A stretch of DNA of 64,000 nucleotides from Alphaproteobacteria bacterium (GCA_964291215.2 OZ219790.1:1824001-1888000); one strand, 5' to 3'; shown: positions 29,825 to 40,999, counted from the first letter of the stretch. Program-made: numbers and translations. The notes: a model not told the origin generated them from the letters alone.

Positions 29825-32724
29825 GTAACTGCTCACCCCCTGGTTTCGGCTTGATGTCGGGGTAGAGTAACGAACGGGTTTTCGTGGAGATTTGACACTG
29901 CAGGCCGATTCGTTTAGTGGTGGTTATCGAGAACGATGGGGACCGTCAGTGGGCTACTTTGGATCGAAGGCGACGAGCGGGCTGTGCCAGCTGCTTCCGG
30001 GGCTCCAGCCTCCGCATGATCTGTATGTGGAAACGCATCTCGGAGGCGGTGCGCTGATGAAGCGCAAGGCGGAGTACCGGAAGATGCCGCCGGGCGAGCG
30101 CCAGGCGATGCTCGCGGCGAGGCCGGGTGATGGCGACGGGCGGCGCGCGAGGAGTTCGAAGCGGCCAGGATCGCGGCGCTGCCGGCAAGGTGTCGGAAGA
30201 GGCCGTGATCCGCGTCCTCGACATCCTCATCGTCGTCCTTCTGGAGAAGACCACGTACGAGCCGGAACTCCGGTCTGCCGCCGTCACAGACGGACGAGAG
30301 CGTGCCGGGAGCAACGGCCCGAAGCCAAACCAGCAGATGGGCGACAACCTGCGCAAGACCATCGTCGAGGAGACGGTCGCGGCCTGCGACGCCTGCGGCG
30401 CCGACGGCCCCGTCGAGCGCCGCACGACATCGTGTTCGAGGTCGCGCCGCGCCGAGATCAAGGAATGCCCGAAGTGCAAGGGCCGGTTCCCCGACAACAT
30501 CCCGTACAGTACGGCATCCAGGCCCTCGTCATCAACCTGCTGGTCGCCCAGATGCTGTCCCTGCGCCGTCGCGCTCGTGCAGGCGATATCAAGCTCTCCG
30601 AGGCCTCGGCTATGCTTTCACGATGCGTCATGGGAGGAGGCCGCCGTGGCGCACCTCCTGCAACGCCCGATGTCGACGATTTCGGATCAACAGCAAGTGG
30701 CTCCATGTCGTCGGGACGTGCAAGTTCCCGCACCGCAAGCAAGAGATCGGCCCGTGCTACAAGGGCGTCCTGGGCCTCGTACATGGCAGTGTAGCCACCA
30801 GCGGCAGCCACCTGCTGCGCGAACTGACCTTCGTCGTCGAGGCTACCGCGCGACTGATGAAGAGCCTGCTCCCTGCCACAAGATCAACAAGAGCGCATCC
30901 AAGACCCTGAACGAGGCCGGGCGCTACCGCACCATCAGGGCGCCAAGGAACTGCCCGACATCCCGACGAAAGGAAAACGTGGACGCATCGCAAACGCGCA
31001 CAACCTGCACGAACGTCTCGTGAAATACGAAAACCTGCGCTTCACAGACGACCATCGCGGTAGGGAACCGGGTTACCCCCCGCACAGAACCGGACGTGCG
31101 CTGTTCGCTCCTCCCCTGACGACAAGGCGCTGGTTTGGCCACGGGCTCAGTGGGCAGCGGTGAGGGTGTCTGTGTCCCCGGTGAAGTCCTTTTGCGAGCG
31201 TCGCCGAAGGGCACGCAGCTGTTTGCATTGGTGTATGAACTTCTGCAGGCTGCTTCCTGGAACGGCGTAGTAGCAGCCGTTGATAACTCACCACTTGGCC
31301 GTTTCGTGCCGGTTATCGTGCCACCGCTTGCGCAAGGCCTCCTTGATCCGCCGCAGGGTGCCCGTTTGCGACCGACCCTGAACCTGCCTTTCCTCGTCTG
31401 TTCGCAGAAGTGCGTCATGCCGAGGAAGTCGAACGTCTTGTCCACGCTTCCGGCGGTTCGCTCTGGCAAACCGACCGAACTCGATGATTTTCCGGGTGCA
31501 GTTCAAGTGGGCCAGTCTCTCCCCAAGGTCTCAGCGCCGCCCAGATGCTGAAAGCCGCACACGAAGTCGTCCGCATAATGATCGTGTCCCGCTTGCGCCA
31601 GTGGTTCTGGAACCAGTCGCACGTAGGTTCGCAAGGCGCCGCCCCTTGCGGTGTTCCCTTGCCAGTCGGTCCCTTCCATGACGCCGGCGTCACTTGATGA
31701 TCAGACCCCCCGATCCGTTTCCCGAGCATCGCGACCAGATGGTCGAGATTGTCGAAGGGGCGTCAACGATCCAGTTGACCTTCCGCCGTTCCACCGTGAC
31801 GGCGCATGATGCGCCCCGGCCGGAACCGAGGAACTCCGTCTCGCGGCACCAGAATCACACCGCCCGCTGAAGAATCTTGTCCGAGGCAAGTTGCCCCTCC
31901 TTGGGTATGTAAACCCTGGAGGCGCCCGCCCCTGTGCACACGGGCGTGCAGCAGTTCCACACCCTCCGCGTACGCTTGCCACACAACGCCCCGCCGCCGC
32001 GTCCTTCCTCAAGGAATGGAACGCAGAACGTCACGTGGTGGAGTAAAGACGCTCTTCCGGGTTCCTCTTCGCTACCTGCCGCCTGTGACCCCCGCTTCTG
32101 CGCGCGGCGCGGGCCAACCGCATTGCCCTTCCCTCCAACAACTCCGCAGGCTCCGAAGAACCCTTGTTCGCCGCCTTCAGCGGTACTATGGCCGAATCTG
32201 ACTTCTCGTTCATCATCGGTTTACGGAATTTCCTCTGCGGCCCCTCCACGACAGAGGGGCAAGACCTCCCAGGTCCCTGCTTCGGCCATGGTTCTCGGAC
32301 CCCGCGGAGCCCCCCTCACCAACGCGGCTCGTTGCCTTCGGCCACGACCTCGGCACTCCGGTTTCAAAGCATCTCGTGGCTCAATAGCCTGCCGCTCCCC
32401 AACGCTTCGCCTCACGACGCATGGTTCACGGAGAAATTAGCCTCTCTCGGGACTTGCACCCGGCCACATTCCACCAGTTTGCCTGGCGCACCCGACGTCA
32501 GCTTCACCAACAATGCCGGAGAACAGAAGATCAGGATGGCAAAGCTCAAGGTGTCCGGATGCTTCCGCTCCACGCAAAAGCATGGTGCCAAGCTACCTCA
32601 CCTCCATGGCGGCACTCGGCTACAACCCACTCGTCGCCACCCAGATCGCCCTCGACGGAAAAGCCGCAGACATCATCAACGAGCACTACGACCAATCAGA
32701 ACCCAACTAGGGGTGAGTAGATAC
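29825..32724 (+). mobile_element. IS66 family-1 copy C (1462 bp net) interrupted by a group II intron
   Basis: Both termini present; removing 31054-32491 restores GACGACCCCGACGTCAGC as in copy E. Confidence 0.95.
31054..32491 (-). mobile_element. Degenerate group II intron (probably bacterial class E) with RT/maturase remnant
   Basis: 5' GTGCG; 3' DV/DVI-like GCACGTCCGGTTCTGTGCGGGGGG..CCCTACCGCGAT; RKDAAAG, GTPQG, YADDFV, FDFLGMTH fragments. Confidence 0.92.
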
Positions 32725-32726
32725 AA

Positions 32727-32963
32727 TTGCTGATGCCTTTCTCACGCAATTTGATGGACCGTTGCTTGCGGGATGCGCGCACAGCCGGGGCGGTGCGCAG
32801 CGAACTTGAAGCAGCTCGCCTTCCGATGGGCCCGTACGAACTGCTGATTGCCGGGCAGGCCCGCACCCGAAATTTGGCACTGGTCACCGCCAACAGCCGG
32901 GAGTTTGAACGCATCGAGGGCCTCATTTGCGAAGACCGGACGCTTTCTGCTGCAGGCCCGTAA
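32727..32963 (+). pseudogene. VapC/PIN toxin C-terminal remnant
   Basis: PMGPYELLIAGQA..LVTANSREFERIEGL. Confidence 0.8.
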
Positions 32964-33167
32964 CTCCACTGCCGGCACGACGGGACAGTAGCAGCCGACA
33001 ACCTCTCCCCGTTCGGTCTCCGTCTTTCGGCGCCGCAACCCAGTAGCAATCGCAATTGACAGTCGCCAACGGGCGCGTCCTGCCATCGCTCCGGGGCAGC
33101 GCAAGGCACTCTTTGGCACTGGCGGCGCTTATGGGGCGAGAGAGCCGGATGATCTTCCGCTATCTCT

Positions 33168-34115
33168 TCACGAGGCCGCCGTCCCGCCAGCGATGACGCG
33201 GCGATAGAGGGGCACGGCAACCAGGGGCAGGACATAGATTGGAAACTGTCCGACCACAAAATACACTAGGAGATCGTACGACGCGCTTTCGGAGACGGCC
33301 GCAAAAACCAGCGCGACATTCGTATTGCCGGTCATCAGCGCTACGGTGATTGCCGTTTTCCTCCCCATGCGCCAGAAGGCAGCAGCCGCGGCGACCTGAA
33401 GCGCGACGTTGGTGACGAAGGTTGCCGCCGTCGTGATCGACGTGTGGACGGGGTTCGCGGCAGCATAATCCGGAAGACCCGACATCAGCGACACGGCAAC
33501 ACCGACCATGCCGATGACGAGGATGCCGTCGATCCGCGAGGCGTGCGCCTCGACCATTCTCCCGGTGACATCCAGGCTTCTCGCGATGGCGGCAATGACG
33601 AAGCTCGCGGCGACGATCCGCCCGAGCCGCCACATCAGCTCGACAACCGTCACGTCGAGCTCGATGCCAAGGAGCCACAGCGCAAGCGGCGGCAGCGTGA
33701 GAGGCACCAGCGCGTACGACGCCACCGTGACGATCAGCGCAAGCGCGGCATCCAGCCCGAACAGGATGCAGAGCGCCGGTGCCGACATGATCGGGGTGGT
33801 CAGGGCATGAAACACGATGCCGGCGCCGAACACCTCCGAAGGGCCGGCCGCCTCAACGAGCGCCCACAGGAGCAGCGGCGCCACGATCATCGAGAACAGG
33901 AACGCCGCCACTGCAACCCACGGCCTGCGGAGATAGGCGAACAGGCGCGCGGGCTCTATGCGCATCATCGACAACGACAGGTTCATGACGATCATCGCTT
34001 CGAGCCACGGCGCCAGCATCTGCGCGAGCGGCTGCCAGGCGATGCCCAGAAACACACCGCCCGCCAGGAACCAGGTCGCCCGGCGACCGATCATGTCGAG
34101 CGTGCTCAGAACCAT
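33168..34115 (-). CDS. BASS/bile acid:Na+ symporter-like membrane protein
   Basis: Multi-TM; TPIMSAP, GNTN motifs. Confidence 0.75.
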   Translation of the reverse strand: MVLSTLDMIGRRATWFLAGGVFLGIAWQPLAQMLAPWLEAMIVMNLSLSMMRIEPARLFAYLRRPWVAVAAFLFSMIVAPLLLWALVEAAGPSEVFGAGIVFHALTTPIMSAPALCILFGLDAALALIVTVASYALVPLTLPPLALWLLGIELDVTVVELMWRLGRIVAASFVIAAIARSLDVTGRMVEAHASRIDGILVIGMVGVAVSLMSGLPDYAAANPVHTSITTAATFVTNVALQVAAAAAFWRMGRKTAITVALMTGNTNVALVFAAVSESASYDLLVYFVVGQFPIYVLPLVAVPLYRRVIAGGTAAS

Positions 34116-35059
34116 CAGACAGGTCCGCCGGCGGCAATGATGCGCCGGTACACCGGCAGTGCGAACACGGGCAGGAAATACATCGGCACCTGTCCGAGCA
34201 CGAAATACGCGATCAGCTCCGGCGAAGCCTTGTCCGCGAGCGTGACCATGATCAGCCCGAGATTGGTGTTGCCAGCCACTAGGCCGACGGTCAGCGCCTC
34301 ACGCCGACCGAGCCGCAGGAACGCCAGGGTGCCCAGCGCCTGGCAGCCGATATTGGCCGCAAACGCTGCCGCCAGCGTCAGCACCACGTAGTCCGTCCGC
34401 TCGAACGCGAAGTCCTGGAGGCCGGCCATGATGCCGACGCAGAACACCACCATGACAAGGGCGCCGATACCATCGATCGCTTGGGCATAGGCGACCCGCC
34501 GACGCTGGCCGAGAATCCACTTTCGTACGACAAAAGCGAGCGCTGTCGGAATTGCGATCATCGTGAACAGGCGCACCGAGAGCTCGAGGAACCCGACGCC
34601 AAGATCGAGCCCGACGAGCCAGAGCGAGAGAGCGGGAAGCGTGAGCGGTGTCACGGCGTAAGTCGCGATCATGACGGCAACCGCCAGCGCGGCATCGAGT
34701 TCAAGGATGATGGCGATCGCGATGGCCGAACTGATCATCGGCGCGGCGGCCATGAGTATCAGCCCCTGCTCGAGGCCCTCCGGCACACCCGCCGGCCGCA
34801 GAAACCCCCACATCAGGAGCGGTGCCGCAACCATGGTGACGACGACGACGACGGCCAGCATCGCGGGACGGCGGGCGTAGCCCTTCAGGCGCTCGACATC
34901 AAGCCGGATCATGGCGATGGTGAGAAGGCCAAGCATCGCGAAGACGATCCCCGGCCTGAAGAAATCAGCAGCCGTCGGCAGCGCAAAACCGATCACCAGC
35001 CCGCCGGCCATGAACCAGGCGGCACGGCGGGCGATGGACTCGAGGCCGCGGCGGATCAA
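34115..35059 (-). CDS. BASS-like membrane protein (tandem paralog)
   Basis: APMISS, GNTNLG. Confidence 0.75.
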   Translation of the reverse strand: MIRRGLESIARRAAWFMAGGLVIGFALPTAADFFRPGIVFAMLGLLTIAMIRLDVERLKGYARRPAMLAVVVVVTMVAAPLLMWGFLRPAGVPEGLEQGLILMAAAPMISSAIAIAIILELDAALAVAVMIATYAVTPLTLPALSLWLVGLDLGVGFLELSVRLFTMIAIPTALAFVVRKWILGQRRRVAYAQAIDGIGALVMVVFCVGIMAGLQDFAFERTDYVVLTLAAAFAANIGCQALGTLAFLRLGRREALTVGLVAGNTNLGLIMVTLADKASPELIAYFVLGQVPMYFLPVFALPVYRRIIAAGGPV

Positions 35060-35538
35060 TACGGCGTCCCGTCAAAATGGCGGAATCTGCGGGTGCCGTC
35101 AGCCGATTTTTCCATCACCATGTCGGCATCGGGATAGTGCACGTCCTCTTCCGCAGAGCGGTTGCCGACCTCGAGATAGCGCACCGGCGATGCCGAGCGG
35201 TTCTCGAGCCGATGGCCGTTGCCGTCGCCAGCCGGGAAGCACGCGCACATTCCCGGGCCGAGGAGTTGCTCGCCGTCGTCGGTTACCAGTGTCGGGACGC
35301 CGGCAACGATGTAGATGAACTCGTCCTCCACAGTGTGCCAGTGGCGCAGCGCAGACACCGCGCCCGGCGCAAGCTCGGTGAGGTTCACGCCGAACTTGGT
35401 CAGGCCGCGAGCGTCGCCCAGCGCGCGCCTCGCACGGCCGTCCAGCACACGGTCATGGGGCGGCGGATAGGGGTTTCGCGCCTGCGCCTCGATCTCCATC
35501 GGATCGAAGGCCGGGCCGGCGCCGGAGTTCTTGCTCAT
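35056..35538 (-). CDS. Cupin domain protein
   Basis: FGVNL..LAPG..SALRHWH..EDE, GHRL. Confidence 0.9.
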   Translation of the reverse strand: MSKNSGAGPAFDPMEIEAQARNPYPPPHDRVLDGRARRALGDARGLTKFGVNLTELAPGAVSALRHWHTVEDEFIYIVAGVPTLVTDDGEQLLGPGMCACFPAGDGNGHRLENRSASPVRYLEVGNRSAEEDVHYPDADMVMEKSADGTRRFRHFDGTPY

Positions 35539-35590
35539 TGTCTCGCCTGTCTCGCGTTCTCGTTTGGCCACGGGCAGGCCAGAACCGGGT

Positions 35591-36406
35591 TCACACGCGC
35601 GCCGGCATCGCGTTCTTGTAGCGCAGCCAATACTCGTCGACGGCGGCAAGACTCTCGGGCGCCATCTCATATGCCGGAGGCGGATCCTCGATCCAGTTGC
35701 CGTTGCGGTCCTCACCGCGGAGGCGGATGCCGAGCGCGCCGTCAAAATGAACCTGCCTGACATCGGCCGACACCAGGTGAACCGCGAAACCGATGCGTGC
35801 GTAATCGGCGCGGTTCGGCTCGGAAGAATGAACCGTCATGTTGTGGTGAATCGACATCTGGCCGGGCTTGAGGGGCATTTCCGTCGCCGTCGACTCGTCG
35901 ATTTCATGTATCGTCTGGCCGCGCGCCAGCAAATTCTCGGCATCGTGGGTTTCATCGTGGGACAGGACCGTTCCAGCTGCGTGCGAACCGGGAATGAACC
36001 TCATGCAGCCGCTCACCGTGTCGGAGCGGGTGAACGCAATCCATGCGGTGATCGATTCCGGCGGCTCAAGACCGTAATAGGTCGTGTCCTGGTGCCATGA
36101 GACGAAACGCGGATCGTGCGCCTTCTTGGTGAAGAAGGACGACCCCCAGCACACGATGTCCGGGCCCAGGAGATCCTCAACCACATCCGCGAGGCGCGGA
36201 TGGCGGATCAGGTCCCAGAGCCACGGGAACGGCAGGTGAGCCTTGATGCGGAAGCGGTCCTGGACCTCGCCGTCGATCGAGTCTTCGAGCGCCCTGAAGC
36301 GCTTCGCGTATTCGCCGGCCTCCTCCGGAGTTAACAGGTCTATGGGCCAGATCGCGCCGTCGCGGCGCCAGCGTCCAACCTGTTCGTCAGTCAGTACGTT
36401 CGGCAT
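35591..36406 (-). CDS. PhyH-family Fe(II)/2OG dioxygenase
   Basis: WHQD...HSSEPN..R. Confidence 0.92.
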   Translation of the reverse strand: MPNVLTDEQVGRWRRDGAIWPIDLLTPEEAGEYAKRFRALEDSIDGEVQDRFRIKAHLPFPWLWDLIRHPRLADVVEDLLGPDIVCWGSSFFTKKAHDPRFVSWHQDTTYYGLEPPESITAWIAFTRSDTVSGCMRFIPGSHAAGTVLSHDETHDAENLLARGQTIHEIDESTATEMPLKPGQMSIHHNMTVHSSEPNRADYARIGFAVHLVSADVRQVHFDGALGIRLRGEDRNGNWIEDPPPAYEMAPESLAAVDEYWLRYKNAMPARV

Positions 36407-36407
36407 T

Positions 36408-37238
36408 CTAGCCTCCCTCGGCCCGGATCTCGGCCTTACCTATTCCGGATTTGTATTCGCCGTAGGTCGCGTCGAGCGCGGCCAGGCAAGCGGGGTCGAA
36501 ATCCTTGCGCGGCTCCGGATCCTCATGCCAGTGGCCGTGGGCGTCCGTGCCCCGGACCAGCGTCGCCGTCGCGTTCGCGAGCTTCGTCTGGCGAATGCGG
36601 GGCGCGATGTAGTGGATTGAAAGCCCGATCCGCGGTTCTGCAGCGCCGTTGGGTCCGGATCCGTGGATGACGGATTCGTGGTGGATCGAAAACTCGCCGG
36701 GCCGGAGCTCGACACCGATCGCCGCCGCCTCGTCGATACCGTGGATCGTCTGGCCGCGCATCAGCAGATTGTCCCCGTCATGGGTCTCGTCATGCTCCAG
36801 TATGCCGCTGCGATGAGTTCCGGGGATGAACTTCATGCAGCCGGAGCTGACGTTCGAATCCGTGAACGCATACCAGACCGTCGCAGTCTCCGGTTCCGAC
36901 AGGCCGTAATAGGTCGAATCCTGGTGCCAGGACACGAACCGGCGATCGTTGGCGCGCTTGGTGAAGAACGACGACCCCCAGCAGATGATGTCGGGGCCGA
37001 TCAGATCCTCGACGGCATCGAGGATGGCGGGGTTGCGGATGATGTCCCACATCCACGGAAACGGCAGATGCGCCTTGATCTTGTAGCGGCTCTGCGGTTC
37101 GGCGCCGGTCGCCTCCTCGAGCGCCCGGTAGCGCCGATAGTTGGCGGCGGCCTCCTCGGGACCGTGGGCGCGAAACGGAAACACGCACCCGTCCTCGCGG
37201 TAGGAGGCGATCTCGCGGTCGGAGAGCAGCTTTCCCAT
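36408..37238 (-). CDS. PhyH-family dioxygenase (paralog)
   Basis: WHQD...HGSGPN..R. Confidence 0.92.
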   Translation of the reverse strand: MGKLLSDREIASYREDGCVFPFRAHGPEEAAANYRRYRALEEATGAEPQSRYKIKAHLPFPWMWDIIRNPAILDAVEDLIGPDIICWGSSFFTKRANDRRFVSWHQDSTYYGLSEPETATVWYAFTDSNVSSGCMKFIPGTHRSGILEHDETHDGDNLLMRGQTIHGIDEAAAIGVELRPGEFSIHHESVIHGSGPNGAAEPRIGLSIHYIAPRIRQTKLANATATLVRGTDAHGHWHEDPEPRKDFDPACLAALDATYGEYKSGIGKAEIRAEGG

Positions 37239-37245
37239 GGCGGGC

Positions 37246-38091
37246 CTAGGCCGGCGGGCCGTTGCCGATAACCGTGGTGCGGCGCATGAGCCGGCGTTCG
37301 GTTCCCGGAAAATCGCGGCGAGCATGCATCGAGCAGCGATTGTCCCACAGCAGCAGATCGCCGACCGCCCATTCGTGCTCGTAGACGAACTCGGGGCGCT
37401 CCGCGTGGTCGAACACGGCCGCAAGCAGGGGGCCGGCCTCCTCCTGGTCCATGCCGACCACGCCCTCGGTCATGAGACGGTTGACATAGACCGCCTTGCG
37501 GCCGGTGTCGTCATGGGTGCGGAAGACCGGGTGTTCGGCCTCGGAGAATGCCGGCGTGCCCTCGTTGTCTCCCTTGCGCAGGGTTCCGTAATTGTAGTGG
37601 TGGAAGGCGAGCCTCCCCTCAAGCGGCTCGCGGATCTCGTCGGGCAGCGTCTCGTAGGCGGTATAGCCGTTCGCAAACAGCGTGTTGCCGCCATATGACG
37701 GAATCTCGACGGCATAGAGCAGTGTCGCCTTGTGCGGCTCCCGGGCGTGAATCATGTCGTGATGGAACATCATCTCGCCATCCGGCAGGTTGCCGATCGG
37801 CTGGCCGTTTTCGCGCACGTTGGATATCAGCATCATTCCCGGCGGCAGGTCATCGTGGCCGCTGGTGCGGTATTTCTTCGGCCGCGCAAGATCGCCGACC
37901 TCCCCGAACCATCCGGTCACCTCCACCTGGCGCTCCGGGGCAAGCTCCTGGCCGCGGAACAACAGGATCACGCTGTCCAGCCATATCCGGTTGATCTCGG
38001 CGGTCACCTCCGCATTCTGGTCCTGTCGGAGATCGATGTCGCAGATCTCCGCACCGATATTGGGCGCGAGCTTCCTGACCGTGAATGCCAT
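37246..38091 (-). CDS. TauD/TfdA dioxygenase
   Basis: FHHD, GGNTLFAN, WDNRCSMHAR. Confidence 0.92.
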   Translation of the reverse strand: MAFTVRKLAPNIGAEICDIDLRQDQNAEVTAEINRIWLDSVILLFRGQELAPERQVEVTGWFGEVGDLARPKKYRTSGHDDLPPGMMLISNVRENGQPIGNLPDGEMMFHHDMIHAREPHKATLLYAVEIPSYGGNTLFANGYTAYETLPDEIREPLEGRLAFHHYNYGTLRKGDNEGTPAFSEAEHPVFRTHDDTGRKAVYVNRLMTEGVVGMDQEEAGPLLAAVFDHAERPEFVYEHEWAVGDLLLWDNRCSMHARRDFPGTERRLMRRTTVIGNGPPA

Positions 38092-38113
38092 TCCCGTTCT
38101 CCCTCGGCCTCCG

Positions 38114-38953
38114 CTATTCGTGCAGCGCCTGGCCCTTTATGGCGCACCGCCGCAGCGTGCGGATCTCACCGGCCGGAAAGTCCGTCCGCGCATGGCACGA
38201 GGACCAGTTGTCCCACATGAGCAGGTCGCCGACCCGCCACCTGTGGCTGTAGATGAGACTGGAATTCGCGGTGAAGCGGAACAGCTCCGCAAGCAGTTCC
38301 CGGCTCTCCGCCTCGGCCATGTCCTCGATGCGGGCCGTTATCAGCGGGTTGACATAGAGCGCGCGGCGTCCGGTGAGCGGATGCGAGATCGTCACCGGCT
38401 GCACATGGTGCTTGTATTTCGCGATATCGCCGGCGATGTCGACCTGCTCGCGCATCGCGTAATCATAGATCTGCAGTGCGCGGCGGCCCCTGATCCGATC
38501 ACGGATTCCCTCCGGCAGGGCCTCGTAGGCGCGGTACATGTTGGCAAACAACGTGTCGCCCCCGGTCGAGGGCAGCTGCATCGCATAGAGAAAGGTGCCC
38601 CTTGACGGCGCCGGGTCGTAGCACATGTCGTGGTGGAACCACATCTCGCCGTCGGGGAGCGAACCGACATACCTGCCGTTCTTCTTGACGTTGGAGACCA
38701 TCATCACCGCATCGTTGTAATCGATGCCCTCGGGCCGCCGCTCAGGGGGACGCGAGCGCGCTGCTATCTCCCCGAAGCGCGATGCGAAGGCAATCTGCTG
38801 GTCTTCGGCGAGCTCCTGACCGCGAAACAGCAGCACGATGTGCTGTTCCCAAGCCCTGCCGATGGCAGCAACCGTTGCCTCATCCAGCGGACGGGACAGG
38901 TCAACCCCCCGAATCTCTGCTCCCAGCGCGTCTGAAAGAGGAACGACTTTCAT
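38114..38953 (-). CDS. TauD/TfdA dioxygenase (paralog)
   Basis: WFHHD, GGDTLFAN, WDNWSSCHAR. Confidence 0.92.
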   Translation of the reverse strand: MKVVPLSDALGAEIRGVDLSRPLDEATVAAIGRAWEQHIVLLFRGQELAEDQQIAFASRFGEIAARSRPPERRPEGIDYNDAVMMVSNVKKNGRYVGSLPDGEMWFHHDMCYDPAPSRGTFLYAMQLPSTGGDTLFANMYRAYEALPEGIRDRIRGRRALQIYDYAMREQVDIAGDIAKYKHHVQPVTISHPLTGRRALYVNPLITARIEDMAEAESRELLAELFRFTANSSLIYSHRWRVGDLLMWDNWSSCHARTDFPAGEIRTLRRCAIKGQALHE

Positions 38954-39145
38954 GCCCTCGTGGCCTTGTCTCCGGCCGCTCCGTGCCGGTGCTCCGCCCC
39001 TCCTCCGACGGGTCGGTGGATGGTCGGCAGCGCTATTGCTGTTCCGGAACAGGCCCTATAATGGTTCGCTCACCGGAGTATACAGCCAAGCGCGCGGCCG
39101 GAAAATCCCGGATTTCCGACAGAGCCGCGCCGCAACCCGCAGGCC

Positions 39146-39922
39146 ATGGCATCCGTAAGCACCCCGAAACTGCGCAACACGCTCAGGAAGCTCCGCGCGT
39201 CGATCGCTGAACCGGTCACGCCCGAAGACGCCGAGGCGATGGCCCAAGATCTGCTCGACTTCCTCGCGGTGCAGGCCGGGACCAAGCCCGTCCAGATGCT
39301 TGCCCGGGATTACGGCGGCGCCTACTGGAACACGGCAATCGTTGACATCGCCGAACGGTACGGCTTCACGATCATCGAGGGTCCGCAGTGGCGGATCGGT
39401 AGCTATGACCGGTTTCCGGACTGGCTCCACGAACATGTCTACGACACCCTGTCGAGGACCCATCACCGGTATATCTGTCGCGATCGCAGGACGGCGAGAG
39501 AAGTTTCGGAACTGTGCGGGTCCGACATTGCCACTATCGAGCAGGAGGCGCGGCTGCTCAACTATCCCCGGTGCTGCGTTGAGCGCCACCATGAGCGCTC
39601 GGTGCAGTATTTCGGGGTCTTTCTCGGCAACCTGCGACGACATGCCGGAGACGACAAAGCGGCCGCCAGGCTGCTCGCCGACGGTTACACGCTCACCGAC
39701 CCGACACCAGACGAGGTGAACGCATTAATGGAGTTGATCACGGTCGCCGCCGCGCCGTTCACGAGCTTTCATGCCTGTGAGGCCTGTCTGGCAAACGGGA
39801 CCGCGGCACCGGCGCAACTCAAGGTGAGGGAGGGGCTGCAGCTCGCTAGGGCCGTCGACGACAAACTCCTCGAAATTCTCTGCCCGCCCGACAGGCTCGA
39901 CGAGGTGCGGCGCAAACGCTGA
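39146..39922 (+). CDS. Hypothetical Cys-rich protein
   Basis: 258-aa ORF with LLNYPRCC and HACEAC. Confidence 0.6.
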   Translation: MASVSTPKLRNTLRKLRASIAEPVTPEDAEAMAQDLLDFLAVQAGTKPVQMLARDYGGAYWNTAIVDIAERYGFTIIEGPQWRIGSYDRFPDWLHEHVYDTLSRTHHRYICRDRRTAREVSELCGSDIATIEQEARLLNYPRCCVERHHERSVQYFGVFLGNLRRHAGDDKAAARLLADGYTLTDPTPDEVNALMELITVAAAPFTSFHACEACLANGTAAPAQLKVREGLQLARAVDDKLLEILCPPDRLDEVRRKR

Positions 39923-39954
39923 AGACCCTGCCGGCAGCACGCGCGCGGCGATTC

Positions 39955-40878
39955 CTAGGCAGCTTCCTTGGCCGTCTCCGGCGCAAGGCCGGCCCGCTTG
40001 AGTACGCCGTCGAGGCGCTGTTCCAGTTCCGGGGTGGCGGGGACCATGGGCAACCGGTGCTCGTTTTCCGGGATCGTTCCGAGCTTCTTCATCATGTACT
40101 TGATGGCTATCGGATTGGTGTCGTAGAACACCGCTTGGTTGATCTCGAACAGTTCGTAATGCAGCTTCCGCGCCTTCTTGAGATCGCCCGCCCATACCGC
40201 CTCGCACATCCGCACCAGTTTCTTCGGCTGAAGATTGCCGACCGCGTTCATCAGGCCGCAGGCCCCCACCGCCATCAGGGGATAGCTGAGGTCTTCAAGG
40301 CCGACGAAGATACGGAAGTCGGCGCCGAGCGCATCGAGGCATGTGGTGGCGAAGCCCAGATCGTCGACGGCATGCTTCATGCCGACGAAGTTCGGGCAGG
40401 CCGCCGAGACCTGCTGCAGCGTATCGAGCGTGACCGACACGGCGGCGCGCCCGGGGATGTGATAGATCATCCAGGGTAGCGCTGTCCGGCTGCCGAGCGC
40501 CTTGTAATACTCGACAAGACCGCGCTGTGGCGGGCGCGAATAGTAAGGCGTGACGATCAGCAGGGCGTCAGCGCCCGCCCTCTCGGCATGGGCGGTCAGC
40601 GCCTGGGTCTCGGCCAGTGACTGCGATCCCGTGGCAACAACCACCGGCAGGCGCCCGGAGCATGCCTCTATCGCGACATCGACGATGCGATTGCGCTCGT
40701 CCACTGTCAGCGAAGACGGCTCGGATGTGGTGCCGTTGACGAGAATGCCGTGCGAACTGCTGTCGACCTGGTATTCGACCAGCCCGGCATAGGCGTCGTA
40801 ATCGACATCGCCGTTCCTGAACGGCGTGATCAGGGGCGGAATCGACCCCCTGAGAAACTCTTTCGGCAATTTCATCAT
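39955..40878 (-). CDS. DapA/NAL-family aldolase (HpaI-like)
   Basis: GSIPPLITPF, NGTTSEP, YHIPGR, GMKHA. Confidence 0.88.
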   Translation of the reverse strand: MMKLPKEFLRGSIPPLITPFRNGDVDYDAYAGLVEYQVDSSSHGILVNGTTSEPSSLTVDERNRIVDVAIEACSGRLPVVVATGSQSLAETQALTAHAERAGADALLIVTPYYSRPPQRGLVEYYKALGSRTALPWMIYHIPGRAAVSVTLDTLQQVSAACPNFVGMKHAVDDLGFATTCLDALGADFRIFVGLEDLSYPLMAVGACGLMNAVGNLQPKKLVRMCEAVWAGDLKKARKLHYELFEINQAVFYDTNPIAIKYMMKKLGTIPENEHRLPMVPATPELEQRLDGVLKRAGLAPETAKEAA

Positions 40879-40999
40879 GGCGGCAGCCTCCTCGTCGGTA
40901 CTGCTGGAGAGCTCAAAGCGCTACGGGTCCCGCCCCGCATCGCAGCAAGCAGCGATCTTTACCGCGATCCATACGGTGCGTCCAGACTGGACGAAGTTC

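Noticed and set aside
29817-32732. TSD for IS66 copy C (and B)
   Set aside because: CATTGCCA vs AATTGCTG is only 5/8; B flanks are unrelated; likely rearranged
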